50,768 bases of DNA from Gemmatimonadales bacterium (GCA_038321865.1 JBBQFH010000023.1:1-50768), one strand, 5' to 3'. Counted from the stretch's first letter, positions 27,684-37,697 are shown. Numbers and translations are program-made. Notes: generated by a model from the letters alone, not told the origin.

Positions 27684-28643
27684 CTAGTCCTCCCCTCGAT
27701 CGCGGAGACGGATGATCCCGTCCAGCGGGAAATCCGCTCCGCGTTCCTGTCGCACCCGCGTGATGAAGCCCACGGTGACGCCGTGGTCGCGGAGGCGAAT
27801 CACCTGGTCGAGCGGAACGTCGCGGTAGCCGGCCCGTCGCAGCGCGACCAGGAAGTCGGCGCCGACGCCGTGGTCCCGGGCGCGGACGATGTCGCCGATC
27901 TCCGCGCCGGCGTACCCCGCGTCCGCCAGTCCGGCGATGAATTCGCCGTCCACCCCGTGGTCTCGCACCCGCACCAGGTCGGCTGACGACAGGTCATGGA
28001 TGCCGTGCTGCCGAAGCTCCGCGACGAACGCCGCGTCCACGCCATGATCGCGCATGCGGATCAGCTCCTCCAGCGACAGTCCGCGGTACCCGGCCGAACG
28101 GATCGCTTCGATGTAGCGGATGTCGGCGCCATGGGTGGTCAGGCGCACGAGCTGCAGCAGTGAGGCGTCGCGGTACCCGATGCTGGCCAGATGGCGCACG
28201 TCCTCGGTCGTCAGATTGCCGGCCGCCAGCATGAACATGGTGTCGGACGAGATCGAACCGTAGCCCAGCGCGCGCATCGCAACGCGGTATGCCTCACTCG
28301 GAACGAAGCGGAATACGCCGGCGCCTTCGCGGCCGGCAAAACTTCCGTCCATCACGAACACGCCCGCCTCGCGCGTCAGCGAAACATGCGCGGCACCACC
28401 CCCGCCGGTCACGGCCTCCGCCGACAGGCCGCGCAAGTCGCCGATCGCCACCTCGAACCCTTCCGACCAGTGGTGATTGCGGTCGCCCCGTTCGAGCTGA
28501 AGCTGGATCGAGTCCCGCGCACGGGCATGTGCGGCGCTCCAGCGTCCCGAAACATCATTTGCAGACGGGCTCTGGCCTGCGGCACGCTGTGGAGCAAGAA
28601 TGGCGGCCATCACGGTGATCGTGCCAAAAACGCGCTTCAACAT
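27684..28643 (-). CDS. Secreted protein with ~29-aa tandem repeats (G[YI]...L..L[IV]R.RDHGV...F)
   Basis: Signal peptide after MLKRVF. Six to seven repeat units in the C-terminal half. Confidence 0.75.
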   Translation of the reverse strand: MLKRVFGTITVMAAILAPQRAAGQSPSANDVSGRWSAAHARARDSIQLQLERGDRNHHWSEGFEVAIGDLRGLSAEAVTGGGGAAHVSLTREAGVFVMDGSFAGREGAGVFRFVPSEAYRVAMRALGYGSISSDTMFMLAAGNLTTEDVRHLASIGYRDASLLQLVRLTTHGADIRYIEAIRSAGYRGLSLEELIRMRDHGVDAAFVAELRQHGIHDLSSADLVRVRDHGVDGEFIAGLADAGYAGAEIGDIVRARDHGVGADFLVALRRAGYRDVPLDQVIRLRDHGVTVGFITRVRQERGADFPLDGIIRLRDRGED

Positions 28644-28787
28644 GAACGGGCTCCGGAGTCGGGAATCGGGTGACGACATGCGTTGGAGGCGTCCGGCTCC
28701 CGAAGGGTTGGAACCGGCGCCCCCTTTCTCGTCACTTTCCGACTATTGTTTCCGTATGGAACGTCAAGTCCAGCAGAGAGAGTGCGC

Positions 28788-30908
28788 ATGAAGGTGCCGG
28801 AGTGGGTCGGACAGGCACGGGCGGCAGCCGGTCGGATGGTTGCCCGCCTCACCCCATCCAGCGAACGCTGGATCCGCCGCCATTGGCGGCTCGCTGCCGC
28901 CGGCACGACCGCGGCCATGATGATCCTCGTCTTCACCTGGGCCGAGACCTGCGGCTTCGCCGGGTGTCCGTCTGCGGCATCGATCCAGGCGTTCCGGCCC
29001 TCCGAAGGGAGCCGCATTCTGGACCGGTCTGGCCGGACTCTGGGGCGGCTCACGTATGTCCGGCGGGTCAACGTCCCGCTGGCACAGGTGCCTCGCCAGG
29101 CCCGGGCGGCGTTCATCGCGGTCGAGGACCGGCGCTTCTATGAGCACCATGGCGTGGACTGGCGGAGCGCCGCCCGGGCCACGCTCCGCAACATCCGCCA
29201 CTTCGGCGTGGAGGAAGGCTTCAGCACCATCACGATGCAGGTGGTGCGGAACGCCTTCATTCCGCAGCTCGCCGGCGAGCGCAGCCTCCGCCGCAAGGTG
29301 ATCGAGATCGTGCTCGCGCACCGGCTGGAGAAGAGTCTCACCAAGCAGCAGATTCTCGGGCTCTACCTGAACGTCATCTACTTCGGCAACGGCACCTACG
29401 GGGTCGAAGCGGCCAGCCGCGACCTGTTCGGCAAGAGTGTCGGCCAGCTCACGCTGGCGGAGGCGGCGACGCTGGCCGGCCTCCCCAAGGCGCCCTCCGC
29501 ATACGCCCCCCGGCGGCACCCGGATCGTGCGGTGGAGCGGCGCAATCTCGTGCTCGCCCTCATGGTCCAGGAGCACTACATCAGCGCGGACCAGGCTGCG
29601 GACGCCGAAGCGGAGCCGCTGGAGCTTGCCGAGGACGAGTGGCGGCCGGCGGAGGACACGTCGACGGCGCTCGACCCGGTGCGCGCTTTCACCGATTCCG
29701 TCCTGGGCGACCGGGCCAACGGCGAGGATGTCATCGTGCGCACGTCGCTGGACGGCCGGGCGCAGCGCGCGGCCGAGCAGGCGGTGCGGACCCAGGCGGC
29801 CGCGATCGAGCGGGCGGCGGGCAGCGGCGGAGACCCCGTCGAGGGGGCCATGGTGGCGATCGACCCTCGCAACGGGGAAATCCGGGCCCTGGTTGGGGGC
29901 CGGCGCTTTGCGCGGCGCGCCTTCAACCGGGCCCTCTCAGCCCACCGCCAGCCCGGCTCCGCCTTCAAGCCGTTCGTGTACGCGGCGGCGCTGGAGAGCG
30001 GGATTTCACCCGCGGCGGTGCTGGACGATTCCCCCGTCGAGATCCAGCAGGACGGCATGGTCTGGAGTCCCGCCAACTACGGTGGCGATTACGGTGGTCC
30101 GCTGACGCTTCGGCGCGCGCTCATGCGCTCGGCGAATGCGGCGACGGTCCGGCTCGGACTGGCCGTGGGCGCGCCGAAAATCATCGAGACCGCGCGGCGC
30201 GCGGGCATCACTGCGCCGATGGAGCCCCTGCCCTCGCTCTCGCTCGGCGCGCTGGATGTGACGCCGCTGGAGCTGGTGACGGCGTACGCTCCGTTCGCCA
30301 ATGGCGGATTCCGCGTGCGGCCCTCGATCGTCCGCCGCATCGAGACCACGAGCGGCAAGGTCCTGTGGACGCGCCGGACCGACTCGCTCACGCGCGTCAT
30401 GGACGAGCGTGACGCCTTCCAGATCACTTCGATGCTGCAATCAGTCGTGGACGGCGGGACTGGCCGGCCGATCCGCGATCTGGGCGTGCGCGGGGCCGTG
30501 GCCGGCAAGACGGGCACGACCAACGACGGCAACGATGTCTGGTTCATCGGCTATACCCCGGCCGTGATCGCCGGCTTCTGGTTCGGCTACGATTCACCCC
30601 GCTCGCTCGGCGCCGGCGCATCTGGCGGCCGCTCGGCGGCACCGGCCTGGGCGTCGTTCTACCTGCGCGGATGGCGGGAGGGCGCCGGCACGACGTGGCG
30701 GGTCCCGGCCGGCCTGATCAGCGTCAGCATCGACGCCACCAACGGGCTGCTGGCCAACGAGTGGTGCCCCCTCACCCAGCGTGAGTGGTTTCGCATCGGC
30801 GCAGAGCCCACCGAGGTATGCAACGATCATTTCGAGTCGTTCGACAACCGGGTGGAAGACATCGCGCGCAAGGTGGCCCAGGCGTTCCGGCACATCTTCC
30901 GGTTCTGA
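28788..30908 (+). CDS. Class A penicillin-binding protein (PBP1A family; transglycosylase plus transpeptidase)
   Basis: EDRRFYEHHGVD, GFSTITMQ, RKVIE and YLNVIYFG in the TG domain. SAFK (SxxK), SAN (SxN) and KTG in the TP domain. Confidence 0.94.
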   Translation: MKVPEWVGQARAAAGRMVARLTPSSERWIRRHWRLAAAGTTAAMMILVFTWAETCGFAGCPSAASIQAFRPSEGSRILDRSGRTLGRLTYVRRVNVPLAQVPRQARAAFIAVEDRRFYEHHGVDWRSAARATLRNIRHFGVEEGFSTITMQVVRNAFIPQLAGERSLRRKVIEIVLAHRLEKSLTKQQILGLYLNVIYFGNGTYGVEAASRDLFGKSVGQLTLAEAATLAGLPKAPSAYAPRRHPDRAVERRNLVLALMVQEHYISADQAADAEAEPLELAEDEWRPAEDTSTALDPVRAFTDSVLGDRANGEDVIVRTSLDGRAQRAAEQAVRTQAAAIERAAGSGGDPVEGAMVAIDPRNGEIRALVGGRRFARRAFNRALSAHRQPGSAFKPFVYAAALESGISPAAVLDDSPVEIQQDGMVWSPANYGGDYGGPLTLRRALMRSANAATVRLGLAVGAPKIIETARRAGITAPMEPLPSLSLGALDVTPLELVTAYAPFANGGFRVRPSIVRRIETTSGKVLWTRRTDSLTRVMDERDAFQITSMLQSVVDGGTGRPIRDLGVRGAVAGKTGTTNDGNDVWFIGYTPAVIAGFWFGYDSPRSLGAGASGGRSAAPAWASFYLRGWREGAGTTWRVPAGLISVSIDATNGLLANEWCPLTQREWFRIGAEPTEVCNDHFESFDNRVEDIARKVAQAFRHIFRF

Positions 30909-30990
30909 TTCGGGTCACGCGTCACGGCGCCCCGCCCCGCCCGCCGCCAACGTACAGCTGCGCGCGACCACGCAACCAGAGGAGTGCACG

Positions 30991-31611
30991 ATGGCGAAAG
31001 ATGAGACGCCGGGCGAGGAGCGCCGGCGCGCGGCGACGCGGCATTGGACCGGGCCGGAGCGGCGAAGCCGCTTCGCCACGGGTGCGGCCGGACAGCTGCT
31101 CGAGCGCGGCGAAGGAGTGGCGGATCCGGTGGGCTCGCTGGGGGATGATCGCGACGTCTTCAGTGGCGAGGGCGAGCCGGGCACGAACATCGGTGGGCGA
31201 TTTGGCGGACCGGTCCATGATGTGACGCTCCGGGCCAACCGCGGCGACGAGCCCGATCATGTCGACGGCGGCACGGGCGGCGAAGGCGGGTTCAGCACGC
31301 TCGCGGGCGGCATCTACAACGGTGAAGGCTCGGCCGACGACGCCCCCAACTACGGGGACTGGACGCGGCACAGCACGGGAACCACATCCGGTGCGATCGG
31401 CCACGAAGGATTCGACTTCGAGGGCGAAGGCACCTGGGGTGAGAGCGAACGCGCTCGCGAGAGCGTTGATGAGACAGGCGAGACGAGTCCTGGGGGCAGG
31501 CCGAAGCCGGACCTCGAGCTGCCGGACGACCAGGGTGACGGCGCCGACGACCGGCACACCGATCTGGACGGCCCGACCGAACCAGCCAATGACGGAGGAG
31601 GCAAGCGATGA
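30991..31611 (+). CDS. Acidic Gly/Asp/Glu-rich hypothetical protein
   Basis: GAGGAG SD before ATG 30991. Its stop overlaps the next start (ATGA). Confidence 0.65.
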   Translation: MAKDETPGEERRRAATRHWTGPERRSRFATGAAGQLLERGEGVADPVGSLGDDRDVFSGEGEPGTNIGGRFGGPVHDVTLRANRGDEPDHVDGGTGGEGGFSTLAGGIYNGEGSADDAPNYGDWTRHSTGTTSGAIGHEGFDFEGEGTWGESERARESVDETGETSPGGRPKPDLELPDDQGDGADDRHTDLDGPTEPANDGGGKR

Positions 31612-32147
31612 GCTCGATCACCGATCTGATTCAGCAGCAGCTCGGCGCCGGCGGCCTGCAGCGTATCAGCCAGCAGCTGGGCATCCCGGCAGACCAGGCG
31701 GAGGCCGCCGTCGCAGCCGCGCTTCCGATGGTCATGGGCGGGATGGCCGCTCACGCAGCCGATCCGGCGGGCGCCGAGGCCATTCATCAGGCCATCGACA
31801 CCCACGCAACGGCGCCGATGGGCGACCCCGGGCTGATGCACGGCGGGGCCGGGGGCGGCGGGCTGATCGGCCGGATGCTGGGTACCCGGCACGAACAGGT
31901 CCAGCAGGGTGTCAGCCAGGCCAGCACGCTGAGCACCGAGAAGACGGGCAAGCTGCTCATGCTGCTCGCACCCATCGTGCTGATGGCGCTGGCGCACAAG
32001 CGGAAGCAGGACGGGACCACCGCGCAGCAGCTGCCGGATGTCCTGCAGCAGGGACAGGAGCAGGCGGCGCAGCGGGCCGCCGAGCAGCACCCGCATCTGG
32101 GCGGGATACTCGGCGGACTCCTGAATCAGGTGATCAGCCGGATCTAG
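31608..32147 (+). CDS. DUF937 domain protein
   Basis: ISQQLG...AVAAALP...G, KLLMLLAPIVL and C-terminal LGGILGGLL. GGAGGAGG SD. Confidence 0.8.
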   Translation: MSSITDLIQQQLGAGGLQRISQQLGIPADQAEAAVAAALPMVMGGMAAHAADPAGAEAIHQAIDTHATAPMGDPGLMHGGAGGGGLIGRMLGTRHEQVQQGVSQASTLSTEKTGKLLMLLAPIVLMALAHKRKQDGTTAQQLPDVLQQGQEQAAQRAAEQHPHLGGILGGLLNQVISRI

Positions 32148-32534
32148 CGCGGCGGGTTCTGCAGGTCGCCACCATCGCGAGGAAGGTCCACAGCACGATC
32201 GGGGAGTGCGCGCCGAGGAGCGGCAGCACGATGAGCCGCATCGTGCACCAGACGACGGGGCCGAAGAGGAGGCCCACTCCCACTGCGCCAGCGGTGGATC
32301 GTGTCATCCGCCGCAGCGCAGGCCAGTATCCATACGCTACCGCGTAGAGGGCGGCCCAGGTCGTCGCGACGAGAAAATGCATCGCGAGCGGACCGGCGCG
32401 AAGTCTCCGCGGAGGGCAAGGCGCAACAGGACAGCGGCGATTCCGTCGAGCACGCCGACGACGCCGCCCGCGGCGAGGACGGTGCGGGCGCTGATGCGGG
32501 CGTCGTGAGGGAGCCGTTCCGGGGCAGCGGACAT
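32134..32534 (-). pseudogene. Frameshifted, internally deleted small membrane protein
   Basis: N-terminal hydrophobic part (MSAAPE...AGGVVGVLDGIAA) is in one frame. The continuation (LAMHFLVATTWAALY...GLLFGPVVW..M..IVLPL) is in another frame, joined near 32389. Confidence 0.55.
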
Positions 32535-32602
32535 TGGGCTCGCTCCTGTGAGGGTTCGGGCAAGAGACGCCGTGTCCCCCGGTCCATGCACAGTCCACGC
32601 GC

Positions 32603-35600
32603 TCAGCGGAAATCCCGGCTCGCATGAGTGAGCGGACGAACCTGCAGCTCCTTCAGCCGCCGGGCCACGACGTTCCGCACCTCGCCATCCCGCTCGAAAC
32701 GCCCCAGCACCACCACGAACGGCGCGAACCGCACCACCTCGCCATACTCCGCCACGACCGGGGCGGACACGATCACGTTGATGAAGCCGTGCTCGTCCTC
32801 CAGCAGCAGGAATACCGTTCCCTTGGCGCTCAGCGGACGCTGGCGAATCGTGACCAGCCCACCGACGAGAATCTCGCGGCGGCCCTTCAGCTCGAGCAGG
32901 TCCCGGCTGTCGAGCGCCCCCGCGGCCCTGAGCCGCTCGCGTGCGGGATCCATCGGGTGGCCCAGGAGACTGGTGCCGGTCGCGTGGTAATCGAGGTAGA
33001 CCAGCTCGTCGCGCGAGAGCACTCGGGGCTCGTGCGCGGTCCGCGGCATCGGCGCGAGCGGCAGCACGTCGCCCACGGCATGCAGCCCTTCCCACGCGGC
33101 ACGCCGGCGGTCCGGCTCCCAGGCCGCCAGCGCGCCGGCCTCCGCCAGATGCAGCACATCGGGCCGGCCCAGCCCGGCCCGGCGCACGGCGTCCTCGATC
33201 GACGCGAACGGGCCGGCGGCGCGCGCGGCATCGAGCGCATCCAGCGTGCGCGCGCCGACGCCGCGGATGTGCCGCCAGCCGATACGAAGCGCCGGGTGCG
33301 CGGCATCGCCGGTCGCCTCGACGGTGCACTCGCGCGCACCGCTCCTGAGGCAGGGCGGCAGCACGTCGAGCCCGCCGCGCCGTGCGTCGTGGATCAGCGT
33401 GGACGGCGGATAGAATCCCATGGGCCAGGCGTTGAGCAGTCCCAGGAAGAATTCGGCCGGGTAATGACACTTGAGATACGCGGTGGCGTACGCGATCAGC
33501 GCGAAGCTCCAGGCGTGCGACTCGGGAAACCCGTAGTTGCCGAAGCTCTCCAGGTCCTCGCGAATCTGTCTGGCGACCTCGGGGGTCAGGCCGTTGGCCG
33601 CCATGCGCGCCTCCAGCGCATCGAGCGCCGCGGCCAGCCGCGTCTGCTTGCGCTGGTGGCCCATCGCGCGGCGCAGCGCGTCAGCTTCGGCGGCGCTGGA
33701 GCGGCCCAGAGTCATGGCGATGGCCATCGCCTGCTCCTGGAAGATCGGGATGCCCTGGGTGCGCCGGAGGATCGGCTCGAGCGCGGGGTGGCGATAGGTG
33801 ACGGTCTCGTTGCCCCGCCGGCGCCGGGTGTAGGGGTGCACGAATTTGGCCTGGATCGGACCCGGCCGGATCAGCGCCACCTGCACCACGAGGTCGTAGA
33901 TGCGGTCGGGCTTCGTATGCAGGATGGACGCGATCTGGGCGCGGCTCTCGATCTGGAAGGTGCCGATCGTGTCGCCGCGGGAAATGAGATCGTAGGTATC
34001 GGGATCGTCCGGCGGCAGCCGGTACATTTCGGGCCGCACCCCGGTGCGGCGCGCCACCGCATCGAACGCGCGCCGGATGAGCGACAGTCCACCGAGCCCG
34101 AGAAAGTCGAACTTGGGAACCCCGATCGCGTCGAGGTCATCCTTGTCGAACTGGATGATGGTGCGGCCCATCGTGGTGTGCTCGATCGGCAGCGACTCCC
34201 CGAGCGGCGCGGCGGAGAGCACGAAGCCTCCTACGTGCGTGGAACGAAGCCGGGGCAGCTCGTCGCACCCGCGCATGAGCGTGAGCAGCGCCCGGCCCCG
34301 CGCATCGTCGAGCTCCAGCCCGAACTGCTTCGCGAGCCCCTTTCGCAGCAGCTCGGCGCCGTCGGCGGCTTCGGCGTAATGCATCCGCTTCGAGAGCTGG
34401 TGCGCCAGCTCCACCGGATAGCCGAGCACACGCATCGCGTCGAGCAGCGCATTGGGGGCGCGGTAGTGCTGCACCACGCAGGTGATCGCCGCCCGGGTGC
34501 GGTCGTAGTGGCCATAGACGTAGTCGAGCAGCTCCTCCCGGCGGTCGTGCTCGATGTCGAGGTCGATGTCCGGCGCCTCGGTCTGGCCGTCCACGCGGGC
34601 ATCGGACAGGAACCGCTCGAACAGCAGCCCGTTGGCCACCGGGTCCACCGCGGTGACGCCGAGACAGTAGGCGACGGCGGAATTGGCCGCGCTGCCGCGC
34701 CCCTGGCAGAGAATGCCCAGCTCGCGCGCCTTGCGCACGGCGTCCCACATGACGAGAAAGAACCCGGAAAACCCCAGCCGCTCGATCACGGTCAGCTCGT
34801 GTCCCAGCTGGGCCCAGTGCGCCGCCCTGATCTCCCCCCAGCGCTCGTGGGCGCCGGCCTCCACGCAGGTGCGGAGCCAGGAGATGTCGGTGTGGCCGGG
34901 CGGGACGGGAAAGTGGGGCAGCGCGGGCCGCATCCATTCGAGCTCGAAGCGGCAGCGCTCGGCGATGGCCTCGCTCGCGACAAGGCCATCCGGACGGCGA
35001 TGCCATTCGCGCGCCATTTCCTCCCGCCGCGGCAGGCGCCACCGTCCGCTCGGCAGCAGCAGGCCGGCATGCGCCGCCTCGTCGAGCGTCTGCCCCGCGC
35101 GGAGGGCCGTGAGCATGTCGTGCACCAGCCGGCTGGTGTTGTCGAGATAGCGCGGATCCCGGCTGACCACCCACGGCACGTCCGCGCGGACGGCCAGCTC
35201 GACCAGCGCATCCACCAGCGCCATCTCGTGCGAGCCGGCACGATGGAACTGCACCTCGACGGCCAGCCGGTCGCCGAACAGCGCGCGCCAGCGGGCCAGC
35301 AGCCGCGCCGCCTCCTCCTGCCGTTCGGCGGCGAGCAGTGTCCCCAGCGCGCCGGCCGGCGGGCCGGTGAGCGCGAAGAGCCCGGCACTCCGCTCGGCCA
35401 GCTGGTCCCAGGTGATCGCGGCGCGCCCGCGCTGCGTCTGGGGCTCGCCCGGCTCCCACGTCGCGAGATCGCCGATGCGGGCCCGCGTCACGAGGCCGGC
35501 GAGGTTGTGATACCCCACCTTGTCGAGCACGAGAAAAGCGGCCGCATGCCCGTCCACCTCGAGCTCCGCACCGACGATCGGCTTCACCCCGCGGCGCTGG

Positions 35601-35767
35601 GCTTCCAGCACGAAGCGGGGCACGCCGCCCAGATCGGCGGCATCGGTGAGACCCAGGGCGGGATAGCCCAGCTCGGCCGCCCGCGCCGCCAGCGCTTCCG
35701 GCGTCACGGCGCCGTCGCCGAAGGAGAATGCGGTGTGGGCGCGCAGCTCGACGAACCCTTCGCTCAC
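32603..35767 (-). CDS. dnaE2: Error-prone DNA polymerase III alpha subunit DnaE2 (ImuC)
   Basis: N-terminal PHP domain, GRGSAANS, PDIDLD and KFDFLGL catalytic motifs, GFPESH, OB fold, and the DnaE2 C-terminal signature SRDFR. GTG overlaps the imuB stop (ATG 35773 is an alternative). Confidence 0.95.
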   Translation of the reverse strand: MSEGFVELRAHTAFSFGDGAVTPEALAARAAELGYPALGLTDAADLGGVPRFVLEAQRRGVKPIVGAELEVDGHAAAFLVLDKVGYHNLAGLVTRARIGDLATWEPGEPQTQRGRAAITWDQLAERSAGLFALTGPPAGALGTLLAAERQEEAARLLARWRALFGDRLAVEVQFHRAGSHEMALVDALVELAVRADVPWVVSRDPRYLDNTSRLVHDMLTALRAGQTLDEAAHAGLLLPSGRWRLPRREEMAREWHRRPDGLVASEAIAERCRFELEWMRPALPHFPVPPGHTDISWLRTCVEAGAHERWGEIRAAHWAQLGHELTVIERLGFSGFFLVMWDAVRKARELGILCQGRGSAANSAVAYCLGVTAVDPVANGLLFERFLSDARVDGQTEAPDIDLDIEHDRREELLDYVYGHYDRTRAAITCVVQHYRAPNALLDAMRVLGYPVELAHQLSKRMHYAEAADGAELLRKGLAKQFGLELDDARGRALLTLMRGCDELPRLRSTHVGGFVLSAAPLGESLPIEHTTMGRTIIQFDKDDLDAIGVPKFDFLGLGGLSLIRRAFDAVARRTGVRPEMYRLPPDDPDTYDLISRGDTIGTFQIESRAQIASILHTKPDRIYDLVVQVALIRPGPIQAKFVHPYTRRRRGNETVTYRHPALEPILRRTQGIPIFQEQAMAIAMTLGRSSAAEADALRRAMGHQRKQTRLAAALDALEARMAANGLTPEVARQIREDLESFGNYGFPESHAWSFALIAYATAYLKCHYPAEFFLGLLNAWPMGFYPPSTLIHDARRGGLDVLPPCLRSGARECTVEATGDAAHPALRIGWRHIRGVGARTLDALDAARAAGPFASIEDAVRRAGLGRPDVLHLAEAGALAAWEPDRRRAAWEGLHAVGDVLPLAPMPRTAHEPRVLSRDELVYLDYHATGTSLLGHPMDPARERLRAAGALDSRDLLELKGRREILVGGLVTIRQRPLSAKGTVFLLLEDEHGFINVIVSAPVVAEYGEVVRFAPFVVVLGRFERDGEVRNVVARRLKELQVRPLTHASRDFR

Positions 35768-37056
35768 CCCCATGTCCCGACGACTTCCCACGTCCCTTCC
35801 CGCGCGTCGCGGCAGACCAGCACGATCTCGCCGTCGGTGCGCACGCAGCAGTAGAGCTCGCAGGCGTACGCCGCCTCCCATTGTCCACCCGATACGCAGT
35901 CGGGCCCCGACGCCGATACCAGCTCAAACCAGCCGTCCCGCCCCCGGTACCGCAGCGGGATCTCGAAGCCCCGGCGGTCGGCCGTGGCCACCTCGATCGG
36001 CTCGGGCTCGGGCATCAGATGGAGCGCAAGGCGGGGCTCGGTATCGCCCGGGCCGATCTGCGGCCGGGCCCACACCAGCGCCGGCGGCTGCTCGACCCAG
36101 CGGGTGCGGCGGCTCACCACCGGATGGCGTGAGTTGTCGGGCGTGACCACCACGCTGCCCTGATCGAGAATCCGGGCGAGCGCCTCCTCCGCCACCTGCG
36201 CCGTGCCGAACCCGCGGTCGAGCACGTCGCCCTGGACGATTTCGGAGCGCGCCGCCGAATCCACCCTGAGGAAGACGCCGACCACGGCATCGGGCAGCTC
36301 CAGTCGCTCCAGCGCATCGCGCACCAGCCGCATCCAGGTGCGCTGGTTGCCGTTGGCGCGCGAGGGATGAAACGGCCGCTCGACCACTGCGCCGCCGGCG
36401 AGCGCGAAGGCGAGGGTGAATCCCGTGGCGCCCTGCCCGGCATCCCGGAGCGCGCCGCATACCGTGCCGGCCAGGCCGTTGATGGCGAAGAGCAGGCGCT
36501 CGGGATCGCGCAGCGCGTAGTCAGTCCACTCGAGCGAGGCGTGCGGCAGTGGCCGCACCGTCGGGTCGAAGAGCAGCCTTGGATCGTCGGCCCGTGCCAG
36601 CCGCCAGAGCGCCACGCCATCGGCGCCCAGCCGCACCTCGACCGCGGCACTGTCCAGCCGGGCCAGATCGTCACAGCGCTCGAGACCGGTGCCTTCGAGC
36701 AGCCGCGCCAGCCGCTCATCAGGCGAGAGCACGGCCACACGGTGTGGCGCGAGGAACTCGCGGTCGGTGCCGGCCGGCACCTCGACGACCGGACCTCCAC
36801 CGAAGCGCGAAGCCACCTCGGCCGCGATGGCCGTCCCGGCGATGCCGGCCCGTGGATCGGCGGAGCCCCAGGCGCGGAGCAGCGCCAGCAATTCGTCGGC
36901 AAGCGGGCGCGCGGGCAACCCCCGCGCATCAGCCCAGATCAGGCCCCGCGCTTCGGCCCGCACCCTCGGCGCCCGTGCGAGCAGCCTGGGCGCCAGCTCA
37001 GCGACGCTCGCCGCGCCGGTCGGGTCGGCCAGTCTCGACAGACAGACGAAGGTCAT
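35764..37056 (-). CDS. imuB: ImuB-like catalytically inactive Y-family polymerase accessory protein
   Basis: Lies between imuA-like and dnaE2 genes. Features include A..A...GG...V..G..REFLAP, ..RLG..G..LW.LA, QGDVLD (possible clamp-binding-like motif) and C-terminal SGP...SGGQW. Confidence 0.75.
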   Translation of the reverse strand: MTFVCLSRLADPTGAASVAELAPRLLARAPRVRAEARGLIWADARGLPARPLADELLALLRAWGSADPRAGIAGTAIAAEVASRFGGGPVVEVPAGTDREFLAPHRVAVLSPDERLARLLEGTGLERCDDLARLDSAAVEVRLGADGVALWRLARADDPRLLFDPTVRPLPHASLEWTDYALRDPERLLFAINGLAGTVCGALRDAGQGATGFTLAFALAGGAVVERPFHPSRANGNQRTWMRLVRDALERLELPDAVVGVFLRVDSAARSEIVQGDVLDRGFGTAQVAEEALARILDQGSVVVTPDNSRHPVVSRRTRWVEQPPALVWARPQIGPGDTEPRLALHLMPEPEPIEVATADRRGFEIPLRYRGRDGWFELVSASGPDCVSGGQWEAAYACELYCCVRTDGEIVLVCRDAREGTWEVVGTWG

Positions 37057-37687
37057 CACGCCACAGGGAAAGAGAGATCGTCTCGGAGGCGAACCATCCG
37101 GAGGCACGCGCGTCGACGCGGACCCGCACCGCCTCGACCTCGTCCGCGTCGCCGACCGCGCTCCGCCGCCAGACGTAATCGCCGAGCAGCGGGCGCGAGC
37201 TGAGCCGGAGCGTGGCGAGCGCCGTCACCCGGCTCAGGAGCACCAGCGCCGCCGAGCCTTCGCGGGCGGCGCGGGAGAGACGGACCAGTTCGGTCGTTTC
37301 CGGCTCGGCGCCGTCAAGCACGATCAGCGCGAACCCGCCCGAGCGGGCCAGCTCTTCGGTGGCACGCAGCGCACCCACGGCGCTCGGCGGGCGAACCAGG
37401 ATCGGCGCGGGACGCCAGCAGGCGCCGACCACCGTGTGCCGGGCGTCAATCCAGACGGCGCGCTCGCCGCCGGCCACGGTGTGCAGGCAGGCGGCCCGGA
37501 GCAGGGCGGCCGATCCCAGCGCCGGCAGCCAGCTCGAGAGCCGCCCCCGCTGAAATCCTCCGCTCGGCAGAATCCGGTCGAGCGCCGCGATGCCGAGCGG
37601 CACCGAGCTCCAGCTCCGCTGGGCTGCGGGGAGCGCATCGGGAAACCGGGAGGCGAGCAGCGCACGGACGGCGGCGGAACGATTCAT
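36998..37687 (-). CDS. imuA: ImuA-like RecA-fold protein with degenerate Walker A
   Basis: GIAALDRILPSGGFQRGRLS, AVWIDA, VRP...ALRATEELARSGGFALIVLD and LSRAARE. First gene of the cassette. Confidence 0.75.
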   Translation of the reverse strand: MNRSAAVRALLASRFPDALPAAQRSWSSVPLGIAALDRILPSGGFQRGRLSSWLPALGSAALLRAACLHTVAGGERAVWIDARHTVVGACWRPAPILVRPPSAVGALRATEELARSGGFALIVLDGAEPETTELVRLSRAAREGSAALVLLSRVTALATLRLSSRPLLGDYVWRRSAVGDADEVEAVRVRVDARASGWFASETISLSLWRDDLRLSVETGRPDRRGERR

Positions 37688-37697
37688 CGACACCGGC

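Noticed and set aside
28710..28733. GGAAC-N15-CGTC as an ECF promoter
   Set aside because: Spacer is shorter than typical, and a -10 hexamer downstream explains the region better.
32624..35854. 1076-aa plus-strand ORF
   Set aside because: Antisense mirror of dnaE2, expected from GC-rich codon bias, with no motifs.
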